Part shown: in pieces, positions 19,101 through 26,497 of the stretch
How the letters are laid out: the number at the start of each line of letters is the position of its first letter
Position numbering within the stretch: position 1 is the first letter of the stretch
Source: a virus
Taxonomy: Duplodnaviria; Caudoviricetes
Virus record (IMG/VR): IMGVR_UViG_3300020409_000753
Span: 1-32,786 of that record
Direction: 5' to 3' (one strand)
DNA: 32,786 nucleotides
The notes under the pieces: generated by a model
The model's database searches: none
What the model saw: only the letters and a program-made list of their open reading frames with translations
Told to the model about the DNA's origin: nothing
Translations under genes and position numbers: made by a program

Positions 19101-19276
19101 CACCTGATAGTACGGTACCTGCTTCTGAAACAGACGAAGACTTTAGAGAATACAAATATAGTGTTGCAGGATTAAATGCTTTTTCTGCATTCCAAATTAA
19201 GATTGTGTTAAAAGGAACAAACTCTTCTTATCCACCAATCTTACGAGATATGAGAGGTATTGCATTAGCGATTTAA
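13163..19276 (+). CDS. large virion structural protein (VrlC-like / DUF4815)
   Basis: N-terminal PYYDDF...ILFRPAFAVQARELTQSQSILQNQ, APGAHR, LARRTFDESGNY, RFKNGFIVDNF, DPLAQT. Confidence 0.85.
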   Translation: MPAKTDFNLSPYYDDFNESKKFHRILFRPAFAVQARELTQSQSILQNQVEKMGNHIFEDGAQMIPGEVTYDLQYYSVKLSSFSGTTNLSDFIGLELEGQTSLVKAKVIAVDVATSTDPNTLYVKYTKTGVGNATTDYVASETLLAVHPTLGNITGVCDGSQIGSAANIASGTYYINGFAVNVAQQTIVLDKYTNTPSYRVGLKVTESFVTPNQDTSLVDNAAGSSNANAPGAHRFKIDLTLTKLALTSIEDDSFIELLRLDNGLLQSRVRTTEYAILEDTLARRTFDESGNYAIRQFDLDVREHLINGDNRGIFTSAEGGLESKLALGLSPGKAYVRGYEVDKIGTEFVAVDKPRTFGTENGFNTLFDVGNFINVSNVYGSPDVNENATGPVEAFKKVELRLDGATYVPGTINANVQNNINEIGRAKTRGFEYNATIGTPITTAGNISANPNNVMKHYLFDVEMFSHIGITDAISFTTGETLTGGTSGATAIVESISSATSAYAISSSTAANPVVITTTADTDIKDGDAIKITGVTTQTELNDKVFYVKQDPSGTAKRDFILVNADGTDVDGSGHTGAGTGGTLSMGKVVVSAVNGEFQAGETITGGTSSNTATIKADVFGNKGFTSFSIVDTKEITMAGSPTYTAQTNLTSSFGENVQLSGNISISGGSALVVGFNTKFNEELKVGDSVEFADTGGTIINKKVLQIHTSSSITLDSAIGATAVSNSIIIRRRTKLNGADKNISVFSLPYDTIKTLRTTANSGISDTSYTVRKTFVGDLSSTGDITITGQTGESFVPQSETDYSVTIMTAGGASSAGTAGDKLSTTGNQHEGNPCFILGGSPTGRSLTLDFGANHQGHTVKIIATLSKSAQDEKSKTLQSNETVAVATQAAAEAKVIGLGKADVYQLVSVKMSADFSTAATSGDTDITERYTLDTGQRDNFYDIGRIVRKEGELAPTGQLLITFNYFTHGNGDFFSVDSYVSINYEDIPSYTSDTSGDTFELRDCLDFRPRVDDASTINAGQQNRSYDGAGASKVDVVKFGTNVTTDHEYYKGRIDKLYITKEGEFKILSGAPDTRPQEPGQLENAMHLYTISLPAYVLKPEDVNFETVDNRRYTMRDIGEINKKIDRVEYYTQLSLLETAAQALQIQDSNGFDRFKNGFIVDNFDGHGIGEVTNGSHRCSIDYRKKELRPLFKQDAVEVEEIDEDGSVLVDADRTAANYQRTGEVLTLPYTNVDLINQPFASKAINVNPFAIFSWVGTIELTPSSDEWRETERAPDLVVNSQTGAWDQLLREGRVPNQNQIALGTVWNDWQTNWTGAPLTSVVTATGGRFMRGRAIMQRTTITSINQVNQSRTGITTTAVPQTIRTSMGDRVVDTAFVPFIRARNVDFVATRLKPNTRVYPFFDNVDITQYVTPTGGAAGGNLISDANGRVSGTFAIPDPKVNSNPRWRTGERTFRLTSSSTNSQDAAAVETAANAEYVARGLLNTVRDTIVSTREFRGVQNTVTETRQTLETSTRAGSRVIGWHDPLAQTIMVDDEGGVFLTSIDLYFSTKDANIPITVQLRNTVNGYPGSKILPFGEVTINPSSVNTSSDASVKTTFTFPAPVYIQDKTEYCFVVLSNSDEYNCYVGRLGETNIGSNRTISQQPYAGVLFKSQNGSTWTAEQNEDIKFTIKRAEFSAVTGTVHLANKELPTRTLKQNPLRTTNGSGVIRVFHPNHNLHDTNSVVTISGVPNGSHNGIAHTDINGTYTSISNITLDSFDITAQNSATANTSGDIGGTAITSTQNRQIDVLNIAGIQTLAVPGTNINAFVRTTTSKSIHGTQTPYSLTTNANKVPVSLQDDIYFTAPQAVLSQPNETNRLGGQKSFYTIFELSSTNTKLSPVIDLARNSVFCIANRLNSPTSSNTPNFVADTAPADNSTASNYITKPVVLTNNSTALDIRLTQVVRSSSEVEVYFRTTSADEVRDIHELDFIPFNTDGSPDSTVPASETDEDFREYKYSVAGLNAFSAFQIKIVLKGTNSSYPPILRDMRGIALAI

Positions 19277-19280
19277 AGTT

Positions 19281-19514
19281 ATGAGTAGATTTATTAAAGT
19301 ACAACATAGTGAACATTTATTTAGAGATAACAGAAGTGGTGCAATTGTTAACAATAACCAAACTGAATATCAAATGTATATGAAAAGAGTTAAGGCAAGA
19401 GAAAACAATCTCAATCAAATGAAGGATATGTGTAGAGAGATAAATAATTTAAAAGCAGAATTGTTTGAAATTAAAGATATATTAAAAACATTATGCGATA
19501 AAGGAAACAAATAA
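19281..19514 (+). CDS. small coiled-coil hypothetical protein following the VrlC-like gene
   Basis: LFRDNRSGAIVN followed by heptads EINNLKAELFEIKDIL. Confidence 0.8.
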   Translation: MSRFIKVQHSEHLFRDNRSGAIVNNNQTEYQMYMKRVKARENNLNQMKDMCREINNLKAELFEIKDILKTLCDKGNK

Positions 19515-20812
19515 TGGCTGTAAGACAAGTATCAGAAACAGATAGTTTAGATAAATTAAGGATAGAGTTTAATGCTCTAGCTGCAAATGACTTTGGTGAT
19601 ATTTCAAACTTATCATCTACCTTATCTGCGACTTCTGTAATAGAAGCTGTAAACGAAATTAACTCTATCGCAATTGCAGCTGCTGGTTTCATATTATCAG
19701 ATGGTTCAAATACACAGGCGGTTGCTTCTGGTAACACAATGTTGGTTACAACAGGTACTGGTATTACTGCAACGGTTTCATCTCCAGACACATTAAATAT
19801 TTCTTTAAATCAAAATTTAACAGGTTTACAAACTTTAGATGTAACCCAATCTGCTGATATAGCAAACATAACGATTTCAAATAACTCAATTACTTCTGCT
19901 GGTGGATCAATTGATTTTGGTAACGAGGCATTAAGTACAACAGGAGGTATTACTTCTGGTGGTACACTTGTTGGTGCTGGTTTAACAATCAATGGTGCTT
20001 CAATGCAATTTGAAGGTTCTACTGCAAATAATTTTGAGACAAGATTACAAGTTTCTAATCCTACTGCTGATAGAGTTATTACAATACCTGATATTACAGG
20101 TTCATTAATTACTACTGCTGATACAGGTACGGTAACTTCAACAATGTTAGCAAACAATGCTGTAGGTACTACACAAATTGCAAATAGTTCAGTAACCGTA
20201 GATAAATTAAATGTTGCGTCAGCAACTTTAACGGTTGACACTTTAGTTGCAAACACAATTACAGGTACTGCTGATATAGCAAGTCAAGTTGCTTTAACTG
20301 GTGATAACTCATCTAACGCAACAAAGTATATAACTTTTGCTGATAGTCCAACAGGTAATCAAGGATTAAAAACAGATACAGGTTTATTTTATAACCCTGC
20401 TTCAAATGTATTAACAACAACTGCTACACAAGCTCAATACGCTGACTTGGCAGAAAAGTATACTTCAGATAAAGAATATGACGAAGGTACTATTATGTGT
20501 ATAGGTGGTCACGCTGAAACAACTGCTTGTAGTGTAGACCATTGTCAATCTATTGCAGGTGTCGTATCAGATATTCCTGCTTACTTAATGAACCACGACC
20601 TTGAAGGTACAAGTGTTAATATTGCATTAACAGGAAGAGTACCAGTTAAAATTTGTGGTCCTGTTAGAAAAGGTGACTTAATTGTAAGTTGTGAAAAAAC
20701 AGGTTGTGGTAGAAGAGAGGCAGAACCTAGACCAGGTGCTCTAGTCGGTAAATCTTTAGTCAATTGTGATAAAGAAGAGGAAAGACTTATTGAGTGTTTA
20801 GTTGGTAGATAG
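19514..20812 (+). CDS. tail fibre-like structural protein with C-terminal chaperone/autoprocessing-like domain
   Basis: S/T/G-rich beta-repeat body; PTADRVITIPD motif; C-terminal YADLAEKY...GVVS...PAYLMN...IALTGRVPVK...KGDLIVS. Confidence 0.75.
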   Translation: MAVRQVSETDSLDKLRIEFNALAANDFGDISNLSSTLSATSVIEAVNEINSIAIAAAGFILSDGSNTQAVASGNTMLVTTGTGITATVSSPDTLNISLNQNLTGLQTLDVTQSADIANITISNNSITSAGGSIDFGNEALSTTGGITSGGTLVGAGLTINGASMQFEGSTANNFETRLQVSNPTADRVITIPDITGSLITTADTGTVTSTMLANNAVGTTQIANSSVTVDKLNVASATLTVDTLVANTITGTADIASQVALTGDNSSNATKYITFADSPTGNQGLKTDTGLFYNPASNVLTTTATQAQYADLAEKYTSDKEYDEGTIMCIGGHAETTACSVDHCQSIAGVVSDIPAYLMNHDLEGTSVNIALTGRVPVKICGPVRKGDLIVSCEKTGCGRREAEPRPGALVGKSLVNCDKEEERLIECLVGR

Positions 20813-20823
20813 GAGTTTATATT

Positions 20824-21306
20824 ATGGCAGATGAACAAACACAACTTTGGGTTTCTCGTTTAAGAGACGAAATTCAATCCCACGACAGATATAACGCAAG
20901 ACAAATTTTCTATATTGATGACGAAGGTAGAGACCGAGAAGTCAAAGAACATATGACCTATGGTGAATGGTTGAGAGAGTATGAGAGATTTAAAACCATT
21001 AAGGTGGAAGGTTTAGAAGAAACTAAATGGATAACGGAGTGTGTAGACGAAGTTGTACATAATATTACTGGAAAGAAAAGAAGTAATATACATTTATTTG
21101 TAAATCAAAAACCAGGTGTTAGTTTTAAATCACATAAAGACGACCTAGATGTTTACTTATATGTTGTAAAAGGCAAAAAGAAAGTAAATGTTGAAGGAGA
21201 AGATAAGATAGCATACGCTGATGAAGGTGTGTTTATCAAAGAAGGTCAATCTCATTATGTAGATAACGAAGCAGATACTTGGGGGTTAAGTATCGGAGTT
21301 GTCTAA
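20824..21306 (+). CDS. JmjC/cupin-type Fe(II) oxygenase
   Basis: SFKSHKDDLDVYLYVVKGKK (HxD) and distal His in GQSHYV; AGGAG RBS. Confidence 0.75.
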   Translation: MADEQTQLWVSRLRDEIQSHDRYNARQIFYIDDEGRDREVKEHMTYGEWLREYERFKTIKVEGLEETKWITECVDEVVHNITGKKRSNIHLFVNQKPGVSFKSHKDDLDVYLYVVKGKKKVNVEGEDKIAYADEGVFIKEGQSHYVDNEADTWGLSIGVV

Positions 21307-22340
21307 TGAATTGGATGTTTTATCTAAAAACAACCGAAACCTGTAATCTAAATTGTAAACATTGTTTCACTTCAGGCACAAATGGTCCTAAAGTTTATTG
21401 GAATACAAACAAGATTATAAATTGGTTTAAAAATTTCAGAAAATACAATTATCACAAAAACGATATCGCACATTTAGAGTTTCACGGCGGCGAACCTTTT
21501 TTAGTTCCTGTTTCTGAAATGCAATATGTGTATGACGCAACGAAAAATTTATGGGACCATCAATCATATGGGGTTACCACTAATCTAGTATTCAAATTAA
21601 AACAAGAACATATAGATTTTATGAAAGGTCCACTAGGAAATAGATGTGGAACTAGTTGGGATCCTAATATTCGTTTTGCAAATGAGAAACAATCTAACTT
21701 ATGGCGTAAAAATGTTGAAACATTGTTATCAGAAGGCATTACAATTAAACTTTTTATATCGGTAACCAAAGATACGGTTGATATTGAACCCATTGAATTG
21801 TTAAAATGGGTAAAAGATTTAGGTGTACAAGAAATGGCACTTGAAAGATTGACTGGAAACGGCAATGCTAACTTACATCCTGAAATTTTCCCAACAAATA
21901 TTGAACAAGACAAGTGGTTTTTAAAAATGCACGAACAATCAGAGCAATATGGTGCAAGAAAATGGTTTGATAATGAGTTTTTAGAAACAATTTACTCAAA
22001 ATTTAATTCAGGCAATACAAAACAAGGTACTTTTTGCCGAGATTGTGAACAAAAACTATTTACACTCAACGCAACAGGCACAATAGGTGGTTGTCCTAAT
22101 GCAAGTCCTGAGTTTAACTTCGGTTCTTTAGATGACCCTATGATAGACCTTATAAATAATCCTAAGAGATTAAATAATATTGCTTGCGAAGTAGCAAGAA
22201 ACCCAAAATGTTGGGAATGTGAAGTATTTAAATATTGTGGTGGCGATTGTCACCAACTAGGATGGCAAGGAGATGTATGTGGTGCCCCTAAATCTCTAAT
22301 GAAACAACTGGCACAAATGAAAAGTGAGGCGATATGGTAA
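21306..22340 (+). CDS. radical SAM/SPASM protein 1
   Basis: CNLNCKHC, FHGGEP, C-terminal CRDC...GCP...CWECEVFKYCGGDC...C. Start placed at the TAATG-coupled ATG 21306. Confidence 0.93.
   Translation: MNWMFYLKTTETCNLNCKHCFTSGTNGPKVYWNTNKIINWFKNFRKYNYHKNDIAHLEFHGGEPFLVPVSEMQYVYDATKNLWDHQSYGVTTNLVFKLKQEHIDFMKGPLGNRCGTSWDPNIRFANEKQSNLWRKNVETLLSEGITIKLFISVTKDTVDIEPIELLKWVKDLGVQEMALERLTGNGNANLHPEIFPTNIEQDKWFLKMHEQSEQYGARKWFDNEFLETIYSKFNSGNTKQGTFCRDCEQKLFTLNATGTIGGCPNASPEFNFGSLDDPMIDLINNPKRLNNIACEVARNPKCWECEVFKYCGGDCHQLGWQGDVCGAPKSLMKQLAQMKSEAIW
22151..22158 (+). promoter_or_regulatory. candidate internal late promoter TATAAATA
   Basis: Exact consensus inside rSAM1, 175 nt before the 257-aa gene; could be chance in AT-rich DNA. 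Confidence 0.4.
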
Positions 22341-23107
22341 ATTTAACGGATCCGATTAACGCTCAAAACATTGTAGACCGATTTAAAGAAGTGGTTACAG
22401 ATGTTGCCGATAAAGACATAGTTTGGGGAACAGATAATTTACCTGGACATAGTTCATTTTCGGCATCCGACTTTGGAGGAGTAGTTGATGGTATGCAATT
22501 GAACCTAGTTAATGCAACAGGTTCATATTCAACTGGTGAAACGGTTACAGGTTCTATTTCAGGAACCGTAGGTACCGTTGTTAGTTATTCAAACAATGTA
22601 TTAAAAGTAAGAAATGTAGTACCAGGTTCTGGACAAACTAATTTTGTTCAAAACGATATTATAACAGGTACTAATTCAGGTGCAACTGGTTCAGTATCTA
22701 CAATGACAGAAATATCAGCAGTTAGTATTGGTATTACTGGTAATAGTATTGGTAATTCAGGAACATTAATTCAAGCAAACTCAATTTATTCTGTTTTGAA
22801 AGATGAAATGAATAACTATACTAACATTAAGAGTACAAGAGCGTTTGTATCAATGACTGGTGCAGGTACTCAATATGACCAAACAGAAATTGCACATAAC
22901 ACAACAAGTCAAAGAGTAACCTTAAATCCATCACAACCTAGTAATTTACAATCAGGACAAACAATAAGTGAAAGTAATTTAGAAAACTTTTTAAGTTCTC
23001 TTGCTAGTGCTTATACAACTGAAAGAGCAAACACTTACACACTATCAAAAACAATTTGTCATAGTTCGTGCCACAGCTCGTGCCACGGCTCCAGAGGAAG
23101 AAGATAA
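22334..23107 (+). CDS. virion-like protein with C-terminal CHSS-repeat tail (candidate substrate of the rSAM cluster)
   Basis: S/T/G/N-rich body carrying the GETVTGxxSG module also seen in gp7, gp8 and VrlC; ends TICHSSCHSSCHGSRGRR, containing the only three Cys of the protein. Confidence 0.8.
   Translation: MVNLTDPINAQNIVDRFKEVVTDVADKDIVWGTDNLPGHSSFSASDFGGVVDGMQLNLVNATGSYSTGETVTGSISGTVGTVVSYSNNVLKVRNVVPGSGQTNFVQNDIITGTNSGATGSVSTMTEISAVSIGITGNSIGNSGTLIQANSIYSVLKDEMNNYTNIKSTRAFVSMTGAGTQYDQTEIAHNTTSQRVTLNPSQPSNLQSGQTISESNLENFLSSLASAYTTERANTYTLSKTICHSSCHSSCHGSRGRR
23057..23092 (+). repeat. 12-bp tandem repeat x3 encoding CHSS-CHSS-CHGS
   Basis: TGTCATAGTTCG TGCCACAGCTCG TGCCACGGCTCC. Confidence 0.85.
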
Positions 23108-23799
23108 TGATTGAAACAATAGTACCAATTGAATTAAAAAATTTAAAAAAATATTTTGAAGATAAATCTGAAAGTTATATAATAGATTATGAAAAGAGTA
23201 AACTAAAAGGTGCTCAGTTTCTAACTTATTTAAGTAATTTAGATGTACCTTGCGACCTATCTAATTATGATAATGAATTACTAAAAGAATATTTTGAAAG
23301 TTCTATGTTAGTAAATATACCATTATTAGAAAAGGCTGCTATGATTGTTTTATTTGAACACAAAGGCCTTGTAAAAGAAATTAAAAATGCAAAATTTATA
23401 TCTGAAAATTTAGAGACCATTGACAAATGGGCAAGTAAACTTGAAAGTTTACCATTATATAATATGTCAATTGTAGGAGAAGGTGCATTTAAAGAATTTG
23501 TTGAAGCATATCCTACAGATGAAACAAAAGATACTAGAGGTATTAATTTTGTCAGTTTATTAAAACACAAAGATTTTTATTTTTATTATAATAAACCACA
23601 AGAGAATATTGTTAGAAACTATACTAAATACTTTAAAGAATATATGTTTAAAGGTAAATGTCTATTAGACTTTTGGGGTGTTAAAGAAAACCCTATGTTT
23701 CTAATGACTTGGGCAATTGCCGAAGGTAAATTTGATAGTAAAAAATACAAAGAAGCAAGAACAAAAGATTTAGAGGTACTAAATGCTACACCTGTTTAA
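23107..23799 (+). CDS. hypothetical protein of the rSAM cluster
   Basis: Start placed at the coupled ATG 23107 (MIETIVPI...) after AGAGGA; no recognisable motif. Confidence 0.8.
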   Translation: MIETIVPIELKNLKKYFEDKSESYIIDYEKSKLKGAQFLTYLSNLDVPCDLSNYDNELLKEYFESSMLVNIPLLEKAAMIVLFEHKGLVKEIKNAKFISENLETIDKWASKLESLPLYNMSIVGEGAFKEFVEAYPTDETKDTRGINFVSLLKHKDFYFYYNKPQENIVRNYTKYFKEYMFKGKCLLDFWGVKENPMFLMTWAIAEGKFDSKKYKEARTKDLEVLNATPV

Positions 23800-24895
23800 T
23801 AAAGTTTATATGACTTTTGACGACAATATTGATTGTCATACTAACAGATATGTTATATCTGCTGAAAAAGGCAATGAAATGCTACAAGAGTTGCAAACAA
23901 CTTATCGTGGTACATTACTTAATTACTCTCATAGTGTTAACGCTATGAAGACAAAGTTTAATGGTATGACAGGTTTCTTTAATGATGTAAGATTAAAGAG
24001 CAATCAATTAGGTAAAATTATGATATATTGTGATAGTCAAGCATTTTTAGAGTTGGTAACTATATGGTTAAAAACAATGTTGCCATTTGCTGACGAAGAC
24101 GCAATACAAAAATACATAGACATTTATTTACACCACGAAAGAATTATTGCAAATACACAATTGCAACCTACACACACTTTAGATTTGACAACATTAAATT
24201 CAGGTCTAGGAGATGTTAAAGGATATTTTAGAGTACAAGCTGCTTTAGATATAGAAGAAATTAAATCTTGGGATTTAGATTTATCAATAGAATTATTATT
24301 AGGTGAATATTTTGCAGGTGCTGATACACACGAAGAAAAATTACTTGCAACATATTTAAAATTTTTAAAGAGATTTTATAAAGAGTATTTTACAGACGCC
24401 AGAGAAGGTGCAGCTCTTAATCTGTTAAATACAACACAACAAACTAATTTAGGTTATACTGCTGATGATGTAAACTTAAATGCTGATAATGTGTTTGAAG
24501 GTATTACACCTTTAGCACCTTTTGCTGATAGTGAAGTATTTGTAGCAAAACCTACTGCAAATAATGGCGCAAACAATGTAATGAATATAGATAATTTGTC
24601 AAGTGAAAAACAAACTGCACTAAAAGATTTAGTCAAACAATTACACGACTTTGAAGGACAAGTTGACCCCGATACTTTTATGAACCATTTAGACAAAGCA
24701 GTAAAGACAACTCTTTCTAAATCAGAATTTGATACAATGATTACCGAGACGGTGAATAGTCCATCTAGTCTATCGTACATACCAAGATTTGATATTGGTA
24801 ATATAAACTATTCTTTTATACAATATCTTTTCTCACTTAAAAAAGATAACGATACAGACACCTTAGGAAAATACAGACTATTCGCAAACTCGTAG
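23783..24895 (+). CDS. hypothetical protein of the rSAM cluster
   Basis: 370 aa, GAGG RBS, overlaps the upstream stop; no clear family. Confidence 0.8.
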   Translation: MLHLFNKVYMTFDDNIDCHTNRYVISAEKGNEMLQELQTTYRGTLLNYSHSVNAMKTKFNGMTGFFNDVRLKSNQLGKIMIYCDSQAFLELVTIWLKTMLPFADEDAIQKYIDIYLHHERIIANTQLQPTHTLDLTTLNSGLGDVKGYFRVQAALDIEEIKSWDLDLSIELLLGEYFAGADTHEEKLLATYLKFLKRFYKEYFTDAREGAALNLLNTTQQTNLGYTADDVNLNADNVFEGITPLAPFADSEVFVAKPTANNGANNVMNIDNLSSEKQTALKDLVKQLHDFEGQVDPDTFMNHLDKAVKTTLSKSEFDTMITETVNSPSSLSYIPRFDIGNINYSFIQYLFSLKKDNDTDTLGKYRLFANS

Positions 24896-24903
24896 GAGTT
24901 TAA

Positions 24904-25956
24904 ATGCGTGAGTTTTTAATAGATCCCAAAAGAGACCCAGAGCAAGAGTATACAATTCATTTATTTGAATTTTGTAATTTGCGTTGTGCTTTCTGTTGGC
25001 AAAACCACGAAGATACTATTGGTACTGAAAATGTGATGGATAAACTTCCATCAGTAGAAAAATTTATCTCTAAAGAATTAATGCAAAAAGTTACCTTTAA
25101 TGTTATGGGTGGCGAAGTCTTTGCACCTGCAATCTACACAAAGAAATTAAACGAGGGTTATAAGTTATTTGCAAAAGGTATAAAGAAGATATGCGACCAC
25201 TATAATAAAGGTTGTGTAATTAATTGGGTATCTAATTTAGTAACCACACCTCAAGGTAATGAACAAATAAGAGATTTAATAAATTGGTCTAGGTCAGAAG
25301 GCATAGAAACTAGATTAACAACTAGTTATGACCCACGAGGTAGATTTAATAAAAAAGACTTTGAGATATTTAAATCAAATGTAGAATATTGGGGAGATGA
25401 AGTTACCTGTTTCTCTTGTCTGCTTACAAAACCTAATATAAAATTTTATTTAGAAGAAGGCGATGAGTACTTTGATTATTTGTATAATCAAGGTAAGTAC
25501 ATATATTTTGATTATTATATGCCAGATGAAAACGCAAAGTATCAAATGCCTAGTGATGAATTATTATTAAAGTTTTTTAAACATTGTGTTGACAAATATC
25601 CTAATGTTCATCCTGTAAGAGATTGGATTTTCAATAAGAAAAACTTTGCAAGTTGTAGAGTATCAAAACTTATATTAGCAGATGGTACTTTATGTCAATG
25701 TGGTAACCTTGTACAAGACGAAAAATCATTAAGTCAATATAAATCACCAATTAAAAGAAGAGACAATAGCATAATAGAAAATAGTTTTTTAGAAAAATAC
25801 AATTGTGCTAGTTGTGAGTTTTTAGATAGATGTACACTAGGTTGTTTTATGAACCACGATTATAGATATAAGGAGGAACTCAATGAGTGTGTTTACAAAC
25901 TTACGCACAGATATATTGAAGATGTACGAGTACAAAGAAATTATATCGCAACTTGA
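24904..25956 (+). CDS. radical SAM/SPASM-like protein 2
   Basis: CNLRCAFC, MGGEV, C-terminal CASCEFLDRCTLGC...C; AGGAG RBS. Confidence 0.9.
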   Translation: MREFLIDPKRDPEQEYTIHLFEFCNLRCAFCWQNHEDTIGTENVMDKLPSVEKFISKELMQKVTFNVMGGEVFAPAIYTKKLNEGYKLFAKGIKKICDHYNKGCVINWVSNLVTTPQGNEQIRDLINWSRSEGIETRLTTSYDPRGRFNKKDFEIFKSNVEYWGDEVTCFSCLLTKPNIKFYLEEGDEYFDYLYNQGKYIYFDYYMPDENAKYQMPSDELLLKFFKHCVDKYPNVHPVRDWIFNKKNFASCRVSKLILADGTLCQCGNLVQDEKSLSQYKSPIKRRDNSIIENSFLEKYNCASCEFLDRCTLGCFMNHDYRYKEELNECVYKLTHRYIEDVRVQRNYIAT

Positions 25957-26497
25957 TATAAAAGTACCTAGTCATATAGAAGTACAACTAGATAACTTGC
26001 CATTAGATAAACCTTATATGCCTAGAATAGATAGTAGACAAGCACATATGTTTCTATGGTTAGGTAAAAAAGAAGATGACATTGAAACTTATAATCTAGC
26101 AGAAAATTGTAAAAGTGAAATAATGTGGGTAGATAATAAAACACCTAACACTTATATTAAAGGTGTAGGTATGTTTCATATCTATGATGACTATGTTGTA
26201 GTTGGTTCATTAAAATATGCAGGTTATTTACAAAGAAAAACACCAGCAGATAGAAGACACTTATTAAGAACAATGTGGTGTGAGACAATAAATATATTTA
26301 AAGACAAAGATATAATGTGTCCATCAGGAACATTTTTTAATTGGGTACACTTATCTTTAAATCAAATGACCGTACAAAAAGAGCCTTATCATAGAGAGAT
26401 AATGCAACAATTTGGTTTTAAACGAGACGAAGATTACTGGATAAGAGATAAAAAAAGTAAGACTGGTTTAGATTGGATAAAACTATATGGAAATTAA
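25883..26497 (+). CDS. hypothetical protein (start uncertain: 25883 or 25922)
   Basis: Open frame between rSAM2 and the oxygenase, overlapping both. Confidence 0.7.
   Translation: MSVFTNLRTDILKMYEYKEIISQLDIKVPSHIEVQLDNLPLDKPYMPRIDSRQAHMFLWLGKKEDDIETYNLAENCKSEIMWVDNKTPNTYIKGVGMFHIYDDYVVVGSLKYAGYLQRKTPADRRHLLRTMWCETINIFKDKDIMCPSGTFFNWVHLSLNQMTVQKEPYHREIMQQFGFKRDEDYWIRDKKSKTGLDWIKLYGN

Noticed and set aside
23068-23106. Upstream start for the ORF given as 23068 (MPQLVPRLQRKKI...)
   Set aside because: It overlaps the CHSS tail in another frame; the TAATG-coupled ATG at 23107 with AGAGGA RBS is more plausible.
22334-23107. CHSS tail as c-type heme motifs
   Set aside because: Spacing is CxxxCH rather than canonical CxxCH, the units overlap, and there is no export signal or cytochrome c maturation gene.
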